From Eubacteriales bacterium (lineage in GTDB: Bacteria; Bacillota; Clostridia; Oscillospirales; CAG-272): DNA of 64,000 bases. Both the position numbers and the translations under genes were made by a program. The DNA is taken from positions 83,878 through 147,877 of the forward strand of contig JAZSEA010000075.1 of NCBI GenBank assembly GCA_045531455.1. Direction: 5' to 3'. Shown one piece after another: positions 36,521 through 44,611 of the stretch (positions are counted from its first letter, which is position 1; every line of letters starts with the position of its first letter). The notes beneath the pieces were generated by a model. It searched no databases and had not been told where the DNA came from. It saw only the letters and a list, made by a program, of their open reading frames with translations.

Positions 36521-37227
36521 TAATCGAAGTTCTTTTTGACGAAATTTGTAATCTCTACGGAGATCCGCAAAACGTTATATATCTGCAAAAAACTTTACCC
36601 GACGCCAAGATCATACGTACCACTCTTGATTCGGAACCCTATTTTCTGAATAACAGACCCGATATTATCATAATGGGTTCTATGAGTGACAGTATGACGT
36701 CGAACGTAATAGAAAAACTAAAGCCTTATATCGATCGCATCAACGAGCTGATTGATGATAACGTAGTTTTCCTTATAACAGGAAACGCTTGCGAAGTGTT
36801 CTGCAAAACAATCGAAAACATCACTCTCGATACTAAGCTTGAAGGACTCGGCTTGTTCCCGTTCGACGTGAAGATAAATTGGTTTGACAGATATAATGGT
36901 AAGGTTCTCGGAAAAGTTGAAAATATGACAATAACGGGCTTCAGATCACAGTTTTCTATGATCTACGGTGATGATAATGCGTATCCGTTTGTCACAATAG
37001 ATCGAGGAATAGGCAAAAACAGGGAAAGCAAGATTGAAGGCTTCCGTAAAAATAACTTTATCGGTACGCAAATTCTCGGACCGATACTTCCGCTCAATCC
37101 GGAATTCTGTGAGTACTTGATCTCACTTACCGGCGCAACCGCAGAAGCAGCATTCAAAGAAGAAGCTATGGATGCCTATAATCAGAGGATCAAGGAATTC
37201 TCCGATCCCAAAATCAAATTTGAATAA
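36517..37227 (+). CDS. GatD-like CobB/CobQ-type amidotransferase-fold protein, histidine-free (predicted glutaminase-inactive)
   Basis: Overlaps murT-like by ATGA, with a GGAGGAG RBS. NLYGDPQN and GTQILGPILPLN align with GatD. There is no His codon in all 236 codons. The nucleophile elbow reads LITGNACEVF instead of (L/A)(T/I)ICGG(Y/F)Q. Confidence 0.65.
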   Translation: MIIEVLFDEICNLYGDPQNVIYLQKTLPDAKIIRTTLDSEPYFLNNRPDIIIMGSMSDSMTSNVIEKLKPYIDRINELIDDNVVFLITGNACEVFCKTIENITLDTKLEGLGLFPFDVKINWFDRYNGKVLGKVENMTITGFRSQFSMIYGDDNAYPFVTIDRGIGKNRESKIEGFRKNNFIGTQILGPILPLNPEFCEYLISLTGATAEAAFKEEAMDAYNQRIKEFSDPKIKFE

Positions 37228-37248
37228 TTTCCAAACGAGGTAAATAAT

Positions 37249-38475
37249 ATGAAACTTATCAAGACCCCCACCAAAGGTATGAACGACTATCTCCCCTCCG
37301 AGGTAGCTCTTCGCGAATACGTTAAGAACGTAATTATTAATTCCTATACCGCTGACGGATTCTGTATGATTGAAACCCCCGCAGTAGAGCACATCGAGAA
37401 TCTGACAGGAAAGAACGGCGGCGAAAACGAAAAGCTCATCTTCAAGATCATGAAAAGAGGCGAAAAGCTCGCTAATGCCTCTTCGGAAGACGAGCTTTGT
37501 GACAGCGGTCTCAGATACGACCTGACTGTTCCGCTTTCGCGCTATTATGCCAACAACTCCGCAAAGCTTCCTTCCCCTTTTCTTGCAATGCAGATCGGTA
37601 ACGTATGGCGAGCAGACCGCCCCCAGAAGGGAAGATACCGCCAGTTCACTCAGTGTGACATAGACATTCTCGGCGATGCAACGCAGACCGCAGAGATCAC
37701 CCTCATTTCTTCAACTGCAGGTGTTCTCCGTAAGCTCGGATTTGACAATTTCACTATCCGAATTAACGACAGAAGAATGCTCAAGCTTTGCGCCGAGGCG
37801 TGTGGATTCGCACCTAAAGATCACGATAAGGTGTTTATTATCCTCGACAAAATGGATAAGATCGGTCTTGAAGGCGTCAAGAACGAACTCCTTAACGAAG
37901 GATATGCTGAAGAGAACGTTACCAAGTATATTGCGCTCTATGAAGGCTGTGACACTGTAGCCGTTGAAGATTTCGCATCTACTCTCGGTGAACAGGGCAA
38001 GCAGATCGCTTCTGATATCGCGACTATTATGAGATGCGCTTCTGCCGCTACCGTTGGAGGCTGCAAACTTGCATTTGACCCCACGCTTGTAAGAGGTATG
38101 TCATATTATACCGGTACCATCTTCGAGATCAGAATGGACGGGTACGGATACTCTGTCGGAGGCGGCGGAAGATACGATGAAATGCTCGGCAAATTTATGG
38201 GTCAGAAGGTACCCGCTTGCGGATTCTCTCTTGGATTCGAGAGAATCGTTTCTGCGCTCGCAGATTCGGGCTTTGTACCTCCCGCAGCAAGCAGATCGGT
38301 TGCATTCCTTGCATCCAAAAAGATGGATGAGGAAGCAATGCTTAAGATGTATTCGGATGCTGCCGCACTTCGCGCAGAAGGAGTCAGAGTTCTCGTTACC
38401 GCGAGAATGAAGAATGTATACTTCCAGAAGACCAAGCTTGAAGAGGAAGGATATACCGAGTTCATCGAATATTGA
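37249..38475 (+). CDS. hisS: Histidine--tRNA ligase (class IIa; LRYDLTVP-type)
   Basis: GMNDYLP, LRYDLTVPLSRY, RADRPQKGRYRQFTQCD, VRGMSYYTGTIFE, GGGGRYD and GFSLGFERI, plus a C-terminal anticodon-binding-like domain. GAGG RBS. Starts 21 nt after the gatD-like gene. Confidence 0.85.
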   Translation: MKLIKTPTKGMNDYLPSEVALREYVKNVIINSYTADGFCMIETPAVEHIENLTGKNGGENEKLIFKIMKRGEKLANASSEDELCDSGLRYDLTVPLSRYYANNSAKLPSPFLAMQIGNVWRADRPQKGRYRQFTQCDIDILGDATQTAEITLISSTAGVLRKLGFDNFTIRINDRRMLKLCAEACGFAPKDHDKVFIILDKMDKIGLEGVKNELLNEGYAEENVTKYIALYEGCDTVAVEDFASTLGEQGKQIASDIATIMRCASAATVGGCKLAFDPTLVRGMSYYTGTIFEIRMDGYGYSVGGGGRYDEMLGKFMGQKVPACGFSLGFERIVSALADSGFVPPAASRSVAFLASKKMDEEAMLKMYSDAAALRAEGVRVLVTARMKNVYFQKTKLEEEGYTEFIEY

Positions 38476-38491
38476 TCGGAGGGCATTTTAA

Positions 38492-39424
38492 ATGTATATC
38501 GTTGATTCGCATTGCGACAGTATAGCTTACGTAGACTCCGGCAAATATCCGCTCGTGAATCCTCATAATTTCAGCCAAAAATACAATCAATTGCAGTTTG
38601 TTGCAATGTTCTGTATGGCAAAAGACGGTGTTTTGGAAGAAGCCTACAAGAAAACTGTTCGCTATATTGGACACTTTGCCATTGCTATGCAAAAAGAATC
38701 CGATAAGATCATTCAAGTTAAGACTTATAATGATATCGAAACCGCTTTTTCAACGGGTAAGCATGCGGCAATACTTGCCATCGAAGGCGGATCCGGAATC
38801 AAAGGCTCGCCTGACGTACTCGAAGATTTCTACAAGATCGGCGTCCGTGTTATGGGGCTTGCGTGGCTCACAAACGAACTTGCCAAAAGCAACAGAATCA
38901 CAGACGGGGAAGAGGATACAGGGCTTACAGACCTTGGAAAAGCAATAGTCGAAAAAGGTAACTCTCTAGGTATGATCTTCGACGTATCTCATCTTTCGGA
39001 TAAGAGTTTTTGGGATCTTACAGAAATTTCGAAGAAGCCGATCATTGCTTCTCACTCGAATTTCAGAACTCTTTGTCCTCACAGCAGAAATCTTACCGAT
39101 GATATGGCAAGGTTTATTGTCGAGCACGACGGTATGATCGGTCTGAATATGTATCCCGAATTCGTTGACAAAGACCCCAAGAAGCAGTCCGTAGACAGGT
39201 TCTTTGACCATCTTGATTATTGTATCGACAATTTTGGCTCGGATAACATAGGTTTTGGCGGTGATATTGACGGCACAAGCGGAATGTATCCCTCTCCAAT
39301 AACCGAAGAAAGATCGATTCACGATCAGTTTATTGAAGCAATGTTCAAGCGCGGTTATTCCACCACAATGATAGAAAAATTCGTTGGTGGTAACTATCTC
39401 AACTACTTAAGAAAATACTTGTAA
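38492..39424 (+). CDS. Membrane-dipeptidase family (M19) dipeptidase
   Basis: The N-terminus VDSHCDS (HxD metal ligands) and the overall pattern (...IEGG......LAWL.N...SHSN...GGDIDG) fit renal-dipeptidase-type enzymes. GGAGGG RBS. Confidence 0.8.
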   Translation: MYIVDSHCDSIAYVDSGKYPLVNPHNFSQKYNQLQFVAMFCMAKDGVLEEAYKKTVRYIGHFAIAMQKESDKIIQVKTYNDIETAFSTGKHAAILAIEGGSGIKGSPDVLEDFYKIGVRVMGLAWLTNELAKSNRITDGEEDTGLTDLGKAIVEKGNSLGMIFDVSHLSDKSFWDLTEISKKPIIASHSNFRTLCPHSRNLTDDMARFIVEHDGMIGLNMYPEFVDKDPKKQSVDRFFDHLDYCIDNFGSDNIGFGGDIDGTSGMYPSPITEERSIHDQFIEAMFKRGYSTTMIEKFVGGNYLNYLRKYL

Positions 39425-39428
39425 GCAT

Positions 39429-39455
39429 AAAAGCTGCCATTACGGCAGCTTTTTG
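39429..39455. terminator. Bidirectional hairpin terminator
   Basis: AAAAGCTGCC-ATTAC-GGCAGCTTTTT between convergent genes, overlapping the minus-strand stop codon. Confidence 0.8.
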
Positions 39456-40132
39456 CTTTCAATTTTAACTATTTCAGAGGTTGATTTAACAATAGAATCG
39501 GGCGGTATTACACCTCTTACAGACACGAGAGGATATACTCTTGAATTCTTCATAATTACTGTTCCCGGATTCAGAACAGATCCGCATCCAACTTCAACAT
39601 GATCAGAAAGGATCGCACCAAGTTTGCCGAGTCCTGTAGGAATCGTATCTGCGAATCTGATATTAATCTCGCTCTTATCTTGCTTTTGATTAGAGCAAAC
39701 CGCTCCTGCACCCATATGTGAATAATTGCCGATTACCGAATCCCCTACATAATTATAATGCGGAAGCTGAGCATTATCAAAAATAATGCTGTTCTTTATC
39801 TCGGTGGAATTACCTATAACACAGTTATCGCCAATAATTACGTTTCCTCTGATATATGCTCCTGGGCGTATTTCACAATTCTTACCTATTATGCAAGGTG
39901 ATACGATAACCGACGTCGGAGCAATTTCAGTCCCATCTCCGACCCACACATCCTTTGAATATTCACGATACCCCAGTAAAGTTTGATTATCAATTATTTG
40001 ATAAATGAATTCATCGATATAAGGCAAAACTTCCCAGGGGAAATCAAATGAATCAAATAATTCTTTGACCAACTCGGGAATATGATCAAAGAACACTTTT
40101 GTTCTAATATTGTTCTTGTCAATCATTTGCAT
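39440..40132 (-). CDS. Stand-alone left-handed beta-helix (hexapeptide-repeat) acyltransferase resembling the GlmU C-terminal GlcN-1-P acetyltransferase domain
   Basis: IRPGAYIRGNVIIGDNCVIGNSTEIKNSIIFDNAQLPHYNYVGDSVIGNYSHMGAGAVCSN matches the GlmU LbH pattern. No nucleotidyltransferase domain is present. Overlaps the glmM stop by 8-14 nt. Confidence 0.7.
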   Translation of the reverse strand: MQMIDKNNIRTKVFFDHIPELVKELFDSFDFPWEVLPYIDEFIYQIIDNQTLLGYREYSKDVWVGDGTEIAPTSVIVSPCIIGKNCEIRPGAYIRGNVIIGDNCVIGNSTEIKNSIIFDNAQLPHYNYVGDSVIGNYSHMGAGAVCSNQKQDKSEINIRFADTIPTGLGKLGAILSDHVEVGCGSVLNPGTVIMKNSRVYPLVSVRGVIPPDSIVKSTSEIVKIESKKLP

Positions 40133-41519
40133 TCAACCCTCTCTTAATTATTGCATTCTTTATTGTTTCAATACACTTCGTGCAAATTTCATAGGATGAC
40201 GCCTCAACCATAATTCTTACAACGGGTTCAGTGCCGCTTGCTCGAAGGAGAACTCGACCGTTATCCCCAAGATTCTCATCAACCTCACGCAATGAAGCAA
40301 GAACAAGAGCATCTTCCATAACCTTATCTTTATTTTTAACAGCTAAGTTTTCGGTTATCTGAGGAAAAAGCTTAACGTTCTCACATAGCTTCGAGAGATT
40401 TGTTTTGTTATCCTTCATCTCTTCGGTAAGCATTATAGCGGTAAGAATTGCGTCACCCGTTGTAGCATATTTTCCGATAATGATATGCCCCGACTGCTCT
40501 CCTCCAAGTCCGTATGCGTTTTCCTGCATCTTCTGATAAACGAATCTATCGCCTACGGATGTTATTTCATATGATATTCCGCAATTATCGAAGGCTTTCA
40601 GGAGCCCCATATTGGACATAACAGTCAGTACAACCGTATCTTTGTTAAGGTTACCGCATGATTTCAATCTTTTTGCCAAGATATACATAATCTTATCACC
40701 GTCAACTACGTTTCCGTTCTCATCAACGGCGATACACCTGTCTGCGTCACCATCGAATGCAAATCCTACATCAAGTTGATTCTCTTTAACATATTTGGTG
40801 AGATTGTCGATATGAGTAGATCCAACGCTGTCATTGATATTTACTCCGTCGGGAGATGCACCGATAACGTACGTCTGTGCCCCTAAGGCATCAAATACGG
40901 CTTTTGCTATTGTCCAAGCTGCACCGTTTGCGCAGTCGAGACCAATCTTGAGATTTTTATACGAATGTGAAGCAAGGGAAATCAAGTATCCGACGTATCT
41001 GTTTCTGCCTGCGACGTAGTCAACTATCAATCCGATATTTTCACGTGTTGCTAGCGGTAGATCATCGCCGTTGACATTAATAGTAGATAGATCTCCGTCA
41101 AGATATGATTCTATCATTGACACTATTTTGTCATCAAGCTTTTCGCCGTACCTATTTACGATCTTAATTCCGTTATCGTAATAAGGGTTATGAGAAGCGG
41201 TGATCATAATTCCGCAATCGAATTCATCCTGTCTTGTAACGTAAGAGACACTCGGAGTGGTTGTGACATGTAGCATATACGCATCCGCGCCCGAAGCTGT
41301 GATACCTGCTACTATCGAATATTCAAGCATATAGCTTGATCTTCTCGTGTCTTTTCCGATAAGAATCTTTCGGCGTGCATTTGTTTTTCCGGCATAATAC
41401 CACCCCAAGAATCGTCCGACTTTATAGGCGTGTAAAGAAGTCAGGTCAACGTTTGCCTCACCTCTGAAGCCATCCGTACCAAAATACTTGCCACAGGCGT
41501 TCTTTTTATCATTATTCAT
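40119..41519 (-). CDS. glmM: Phosphoglucosamine mutase
   Basis: Active-site ITASHNPYYDNGIK, the metal-binding loop FDGDADR, and the GEQSGH loop. Confidence 0.92.
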   Translation of the reverse strand: MNNDKKNACGKYFGTDGFRGEANVDLTSLHAYKVGRFLGWYYAGKTNARRKILIGKDTRRSSYMLEYSIVAGITASGADAYMLHVTTTPSVSYVTRQDEFDCGIMITASHNPYYDNGIKIVNRYGEKLDDKIVSMIESYLDGDLSTINVNGDDLPLATRENIGLIVDYVAGRNRYVGYLISLASHSYKNLKIGLDCANGAAWTIAKAVFDALGAQTYVIGASPDGVNINDSVGSTHIDNLTKYVKENQLDVGFAFDGDADRCIAVDENGNVVDGDKIMYILAKRLKSCGNLNKDTVVLTVMSNMGLLKAFDNCGISYEITSVGDRFVYQKMQENAYGLGGEQSGHIIIGKYATTGDAILTAIMLTEEMKDNKTNLSKLCENVKLFPQITENLAVKNKDKVMEDALVLASLREVDENLGDNGRVLLRASGTEPVVRIMVEASSYEICTKCIETIKNAIIKRGLNAND

Positions 41520-41580
41520 CTAAACACCGTCCCTTCATTAATCAATATAATATATGCGCAGTCATAAATTATGCGACACA

Positions 41581-41624
41581 GAAAAGAAAACACCGTCGGA
41601 ATCAAAATTGCGACACCGACGGTG
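41581..41624 (-). terminator. Rho-independent terminator upstream of glmM (downstream of the 146-aa membrane protein gene)
   Basis: On the minus strand, CACCGTCGG...CCGACGGTG (9-bp stem, 16-nt loop) is followed by TTTTCTTTTC. Confidence 0.7.
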
Positions 41625-41631
41625 AAATATT

Positions 41632-42069
41632 TTATGCGTAATCTTCCTCGCTTGCCTCTTCATCGAGAGGAATGTGATTAGCGGCAAGCTTTTCGTGATC
41701 GGCAGCATCCTCATTTCCGCAGAGCTCGGATTTAATTATGGATTCTGCGGGACACTCTTCATCAGGTTCAATAACATCGTAGGAATCTCCATCAAAGAGA
41801 TCAAGAAGATAGCCCTTTTTGAGGTGTTTGATATACTTGATAAGTCCTGCAAAAGCAACAACTATTGCAGATGTCCATGCCAAAACCGATAGAACAATCA
41901 AAGCGTTTTTCTTGTGAAGCTCCTTCTTGCGCTTCTCAGCACGAAGCTCCAAAATATGAGTAGTAAGATTGTAGCATGTTATAACTGTTATAACAAACAT
42001 ACTGTATTTACCGAGTCTGTAGAGACCTCTGCGAAATTTGATTCCTACCTTTGAAATCTTTTCCTTCAA
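41632..42069 (-). CDS. Hypothetical small membrane protein with acidic C-terminal tail
   Basis: Two predicted TM helices and the C-terminus DEEASEEDYA. GGAGG lies 8 nt before the TTG at 42069; the ORF-track GTG at 42078 abuts the SD. Confidence 0.55.
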   Translation of the reverse strand: MKEKISKVGIKFRRGLYRLGKYSMFVITVITCYNLTTHILELRAEKRKKELHKKNALIVLSVLAWTSAIVVAFAGLIKYIKHLKKGYLLDLFDGDSYDVIEPDEECPAESIIKSELCGNEDAADHEKLAANHIPLDEEASEEDYA

Positions 42070-42088
42070 GAAAAACACCTCCCAAAAA

Positions 42089-43207
42089 TTAATTATCGTT
42101 CTGCTTTGAAATATGCTTCAGGTAAGCATTAATGAAACCGTCTATCTCGCCGTTCATAACAGCTCCGATATTACCCGTCTCGTAACCCGTTCTCGTATCC
42201 TTTGCGAGAGTATAGGGCATAAATACGTAAGAGCGGATCTGCGATCCCCACTCAATATTCGTCTTGTTACCCTGAATTTCCTCGATTGTATCAAGTCTTT
42301 CACGGATCTTGATCTCCATAAGCTTCGACTTGAGCATCTTCATTGCGGTTTCCTTGTTCTGAAGCTGAGAACGCTCGGTCTGACATGTAACTACGATGCC
42401 AGTAGCCTTATGGATCAAACGCACAGCGGACGATACCTTGTTTACGTTCTGACCGCCTGCTCCGCTCGAGTGGAAAGCAATGAATTCGTAATCGTCATCC
42501 TTGATAACGATCTCGTCGAGCTTATCAAATTCGGGCATAACCTCAATCGAAGCAAAAGATGTGTGGCGTCTGCCCTGTGAATCGTAAGGAGAAACACGTA
42601 CAAGTCTGTGAACGCCATTCTCACTCTTGAGGTAACCGTAAGCGTTGATACCCTCAACCATGATCGTTGCGCTCTTGATGCCCGCTTCTTCGCCGTCAAG
42701 CCAATCAGTAAGTTTGACCTTGAATCCCGAACGTTCAGCGTATCTTGTGATCATTCTGTAAAGCATAAGTGCCCAATCCTGCGCCTCGGTACCGCCTGCG
42801 CCGGGGTGGAAGGAGATGATCGCGTTATTTCTGTCATATTCACCTGAAAGGAGAATAGAGATTCTTTCCTTTTCTTCCTCTGCGACTATTGCAGCGAGCT
42901 CGGATTCAACTTCTTCGACACAGCTTTCGTCGTTTTCTTCTATAGCGAGCTCGGCAAGTGCAATAGCATCCTCGAGTCTTGCGCAAAGAGCTTCATAACC
43001 GGCAACCGTATCCTTGGCCTGCTTTATGGTCTGAAGTACCTTAGAGGAATTTTCCTGATTTGACCAAAAGTCAGGATCCATTGTCTGAGCCTCAAGCTCA
43101 GTGATTTTTACTTTCTGTTCGTCAATACGAAGAGCATTACCAAGTTCAACTATTACAGGTCGCATACCTGTCAGCTTATATTTAGCTTCTTCAAGTGCAA
43201 CTATCAA
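42089..43207 (-). CDS. prfB: Peptide chain release factor 2 (single uninterrupted ORF, TTG start)
   Basis: The SPF tripeptide context (VRVSPYDSQGRRHTSF) and the GGQ motif (SSGAGGQNVNKV) are present. GGGAGG lies 6 nt before the TTG. Confidence 0.93.
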   Translation of the reverse strand: MIVALEEAKYKLTGMRPVIVELGNALRIDEQKVKITELEAQTMDPDFWSNQENSSKVLQTIKQAKDTVAGYEALCARLEDAIALAELAIEENDESCVEEVESELAAIVAEEEKERISILLSGEYDRNNAIISFHPGAGGTEAQDWALMLYRMITRYAERSGFKVKLTDWLDGEEAGIKSATIMVEGINAYGYLKSENGVHRLVRVSPYDSQGRRHTSFASIEVMPEFDKLDEIVIKDDDYEFIAFHSSGAGGQNVNKVSSAVRLIHKATGIVVTCQTERSQLQNKETAMKMLKSKLMEIKIRERLDTIEEIQGNKTNIEWGSQIRSYVFMPYTLAKDTRTGYETGNIGAVMNGEIDGFINAYLKHISKQNDN

Positions 43208-43257
43208 AAAAGACCTCCCGTCCCGTATTCGGGACTATACACATATATTTTCATTAT

Positions 43258-43287
43258 ATTATATCACATTTATACACCCCTTTGCAA
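43258..43287 (-). promoter_or_regulatory. Candidate prfB promoter (TTGCAA-18-TGaTATAAT)
   Basis: Minus-strand TTGCAA (43287..43282) and an extended -10 whose TATAAT lies at 43263..43258. Confidence 0.55.
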
Positions 43288-43390
43288 TGGGTATTTTAAA
43301 AAATTCAAAAAAGTTATATAAATATTCAATCTTTTTTGACAACATTATATATTCCAAAGGGATCATTTTCCCTTTTTATCAAAATTATTA

Positions 43391-43419
43391 TTGTAAGTTT
43401 TAGAAAAATGTGTTATAAT
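43391..43419 (+). promoter_or_regulatory. Promoter of the DUF1343 gene (TTGTAA-17-TGtTATAAT)
   Basis: TTGTAA at 43391..43396 and TATAAT at 43414..43419 preceded by TGT. Confidence 0.6.
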
Positions 43420-43451
43420 ATGATCGTTAAATAATTTTCTGAGCAGGTAAC

Positions 43452-44591
43452 ATGAATATGGGAAGAATTTTATTAGGCGCTGACAGATTTGATGAATTAA
43501 TTAACATTATCCGCAATAAGCGTTGCGGATTACTTACCGCGGCTTCAGGGGTTGATTCATTCGGTATTCCAACCTATTACAAGCTTCATAGTCTCGGAGT
43601 ATTAAGCGTATTGTTTTCACCTGAACACGGAGTTCATTCTGTGATGCAGGACGGTGGATGGAGCGGAGAATACGTCGATAAGGAAACAGGACTTCCTGTT
43701 TTTGATCTTCCATCAAAAGGTAATCCGAATATCGACCGTGCTCTTTCACTCTGTGATATCGTAATTTACGATATTCAGGATGTTGGTGCCAGATTCTATA
43801 CATACGTTTATTGTCTTACATATCTTATGGAGGAATGCGCCAAACGAGCAATTCCGGTTTACGTGCTTGACAGACCTGATCCGATAAGCGGAAGTTTGGA
43901 CAAAATATCGGGGGCAGTACTTGACGAAGAGCGTTATTCTTCGTTTGTCGGTAAATATGCTATGCCCGTTCGTTATTCGCTTACATGCGGCGAATTTGCT
44001 CTATATATTAACAGAACCAAGAATATTAATTGCGATCTTCATATCGTTAAGTGCGAAAATTGGCATCGTGAGCAGTATTGGGACGATACCAATCTTTTGT
44101 GGATCAATCCCTCTCCGAACATACCAACAGTTCATTCAGCGGTCAACTATATCGGTACCTGCCTCATAGAAGCGACAAACGCTTCGGAAGGAAGAGGGAC
44201 TACACGTCCTTTTGATATAGTAGGTGCGCCTTTTGTTGACTCATTAAAGCTGACTGAGCATCTCAACAGCTTAAAGCTTGACGGCATCATTTTCAGCCGT
44301 GCTTTCTTTACTCCTATGTTCGGTAAATGGCAAGGCGAGTGCTGTGAAGGTGTTCAACTCAACATAATAGACAAGCGAAGCTATAATCCCCATCTCGCGG
44401 GATTGCATATACTTGCCGCACTTCGTAATTATAAGGAACTTACGATTCGTGACAACGGTCTTTGTCTGCGATACGGTAATGATGCATTGATCGATCCGCG
44501 CGGATTCGATCCGATTGAAGTATTTAAGTCGGAATCATCGGGTATCGAAAAATTCAAGACTGAGATGAATAATTATTTGTTGTACAATTAA
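43452..44591 (+). CDS. DUF1343 family protein (NamZ-like exo-beta-N-acetylmuramidase family)
   Basis: FSPEHG and the IYDIQDVGARFYTYVY motif are characteristic of DUF1343/YbbC. No signal peptide is visible. Confidence 0.78.
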   Translation: MNMGRILLGADRFDELINIIRNKRCGLLTAASGVDSFGIPTYYKLHSLGVLSVLFSPEHGVHSVMQDGGWSGEYVDKETGLPVFDLPSKGNPNIDRALSLCDIVIYDIQDVGARFYTYVYCLTYLMEECAKRAIPVYVLDRPDPISGSLDKISGAVLDEERYSSFVGKYAMPVRYSLTCGEFALYINRTKNINCDLHIVKCENWHREQYWDDTNLLWINPSPNIPTVHSAVNYIGTCLIEATNASEGRGTTRPFDIVGAPFVDSLKLTEHLNSLKLDGIIFSRAFFTPMFGKWQGECCEGVQLNIIDKRSYNPHLAGLHILAALRNYKELTIRDNGLCLRYGNDALIDPRGFDPIEVFKSESSGIEKFKTEMNNYLLYN

Positions 44592-44611
44592 TCTTAATCA
44601 TTGAGGTAAAT

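Noticed and set aside
42089-43207. Looked for the programmed +1 frameshift site (CTT TGA C after an internal SD) typical of prfB.
   Set aside because: - The RF2 ORF is uninterrupted from a TTG start with a GGGAGG RBS.
- The region aligning to the usual shift site reads GCT CTT CGT ATT GAC, with no in-frame stop.
- This gene therefore lacks the autoregulatory frameshift, which is worth noting but is not an error or a pseudogene.
- The GTCCCGAATACGGGAC hairpin just upstream of the SD (43219..43234) has no following T tract and was not called as a terminator.
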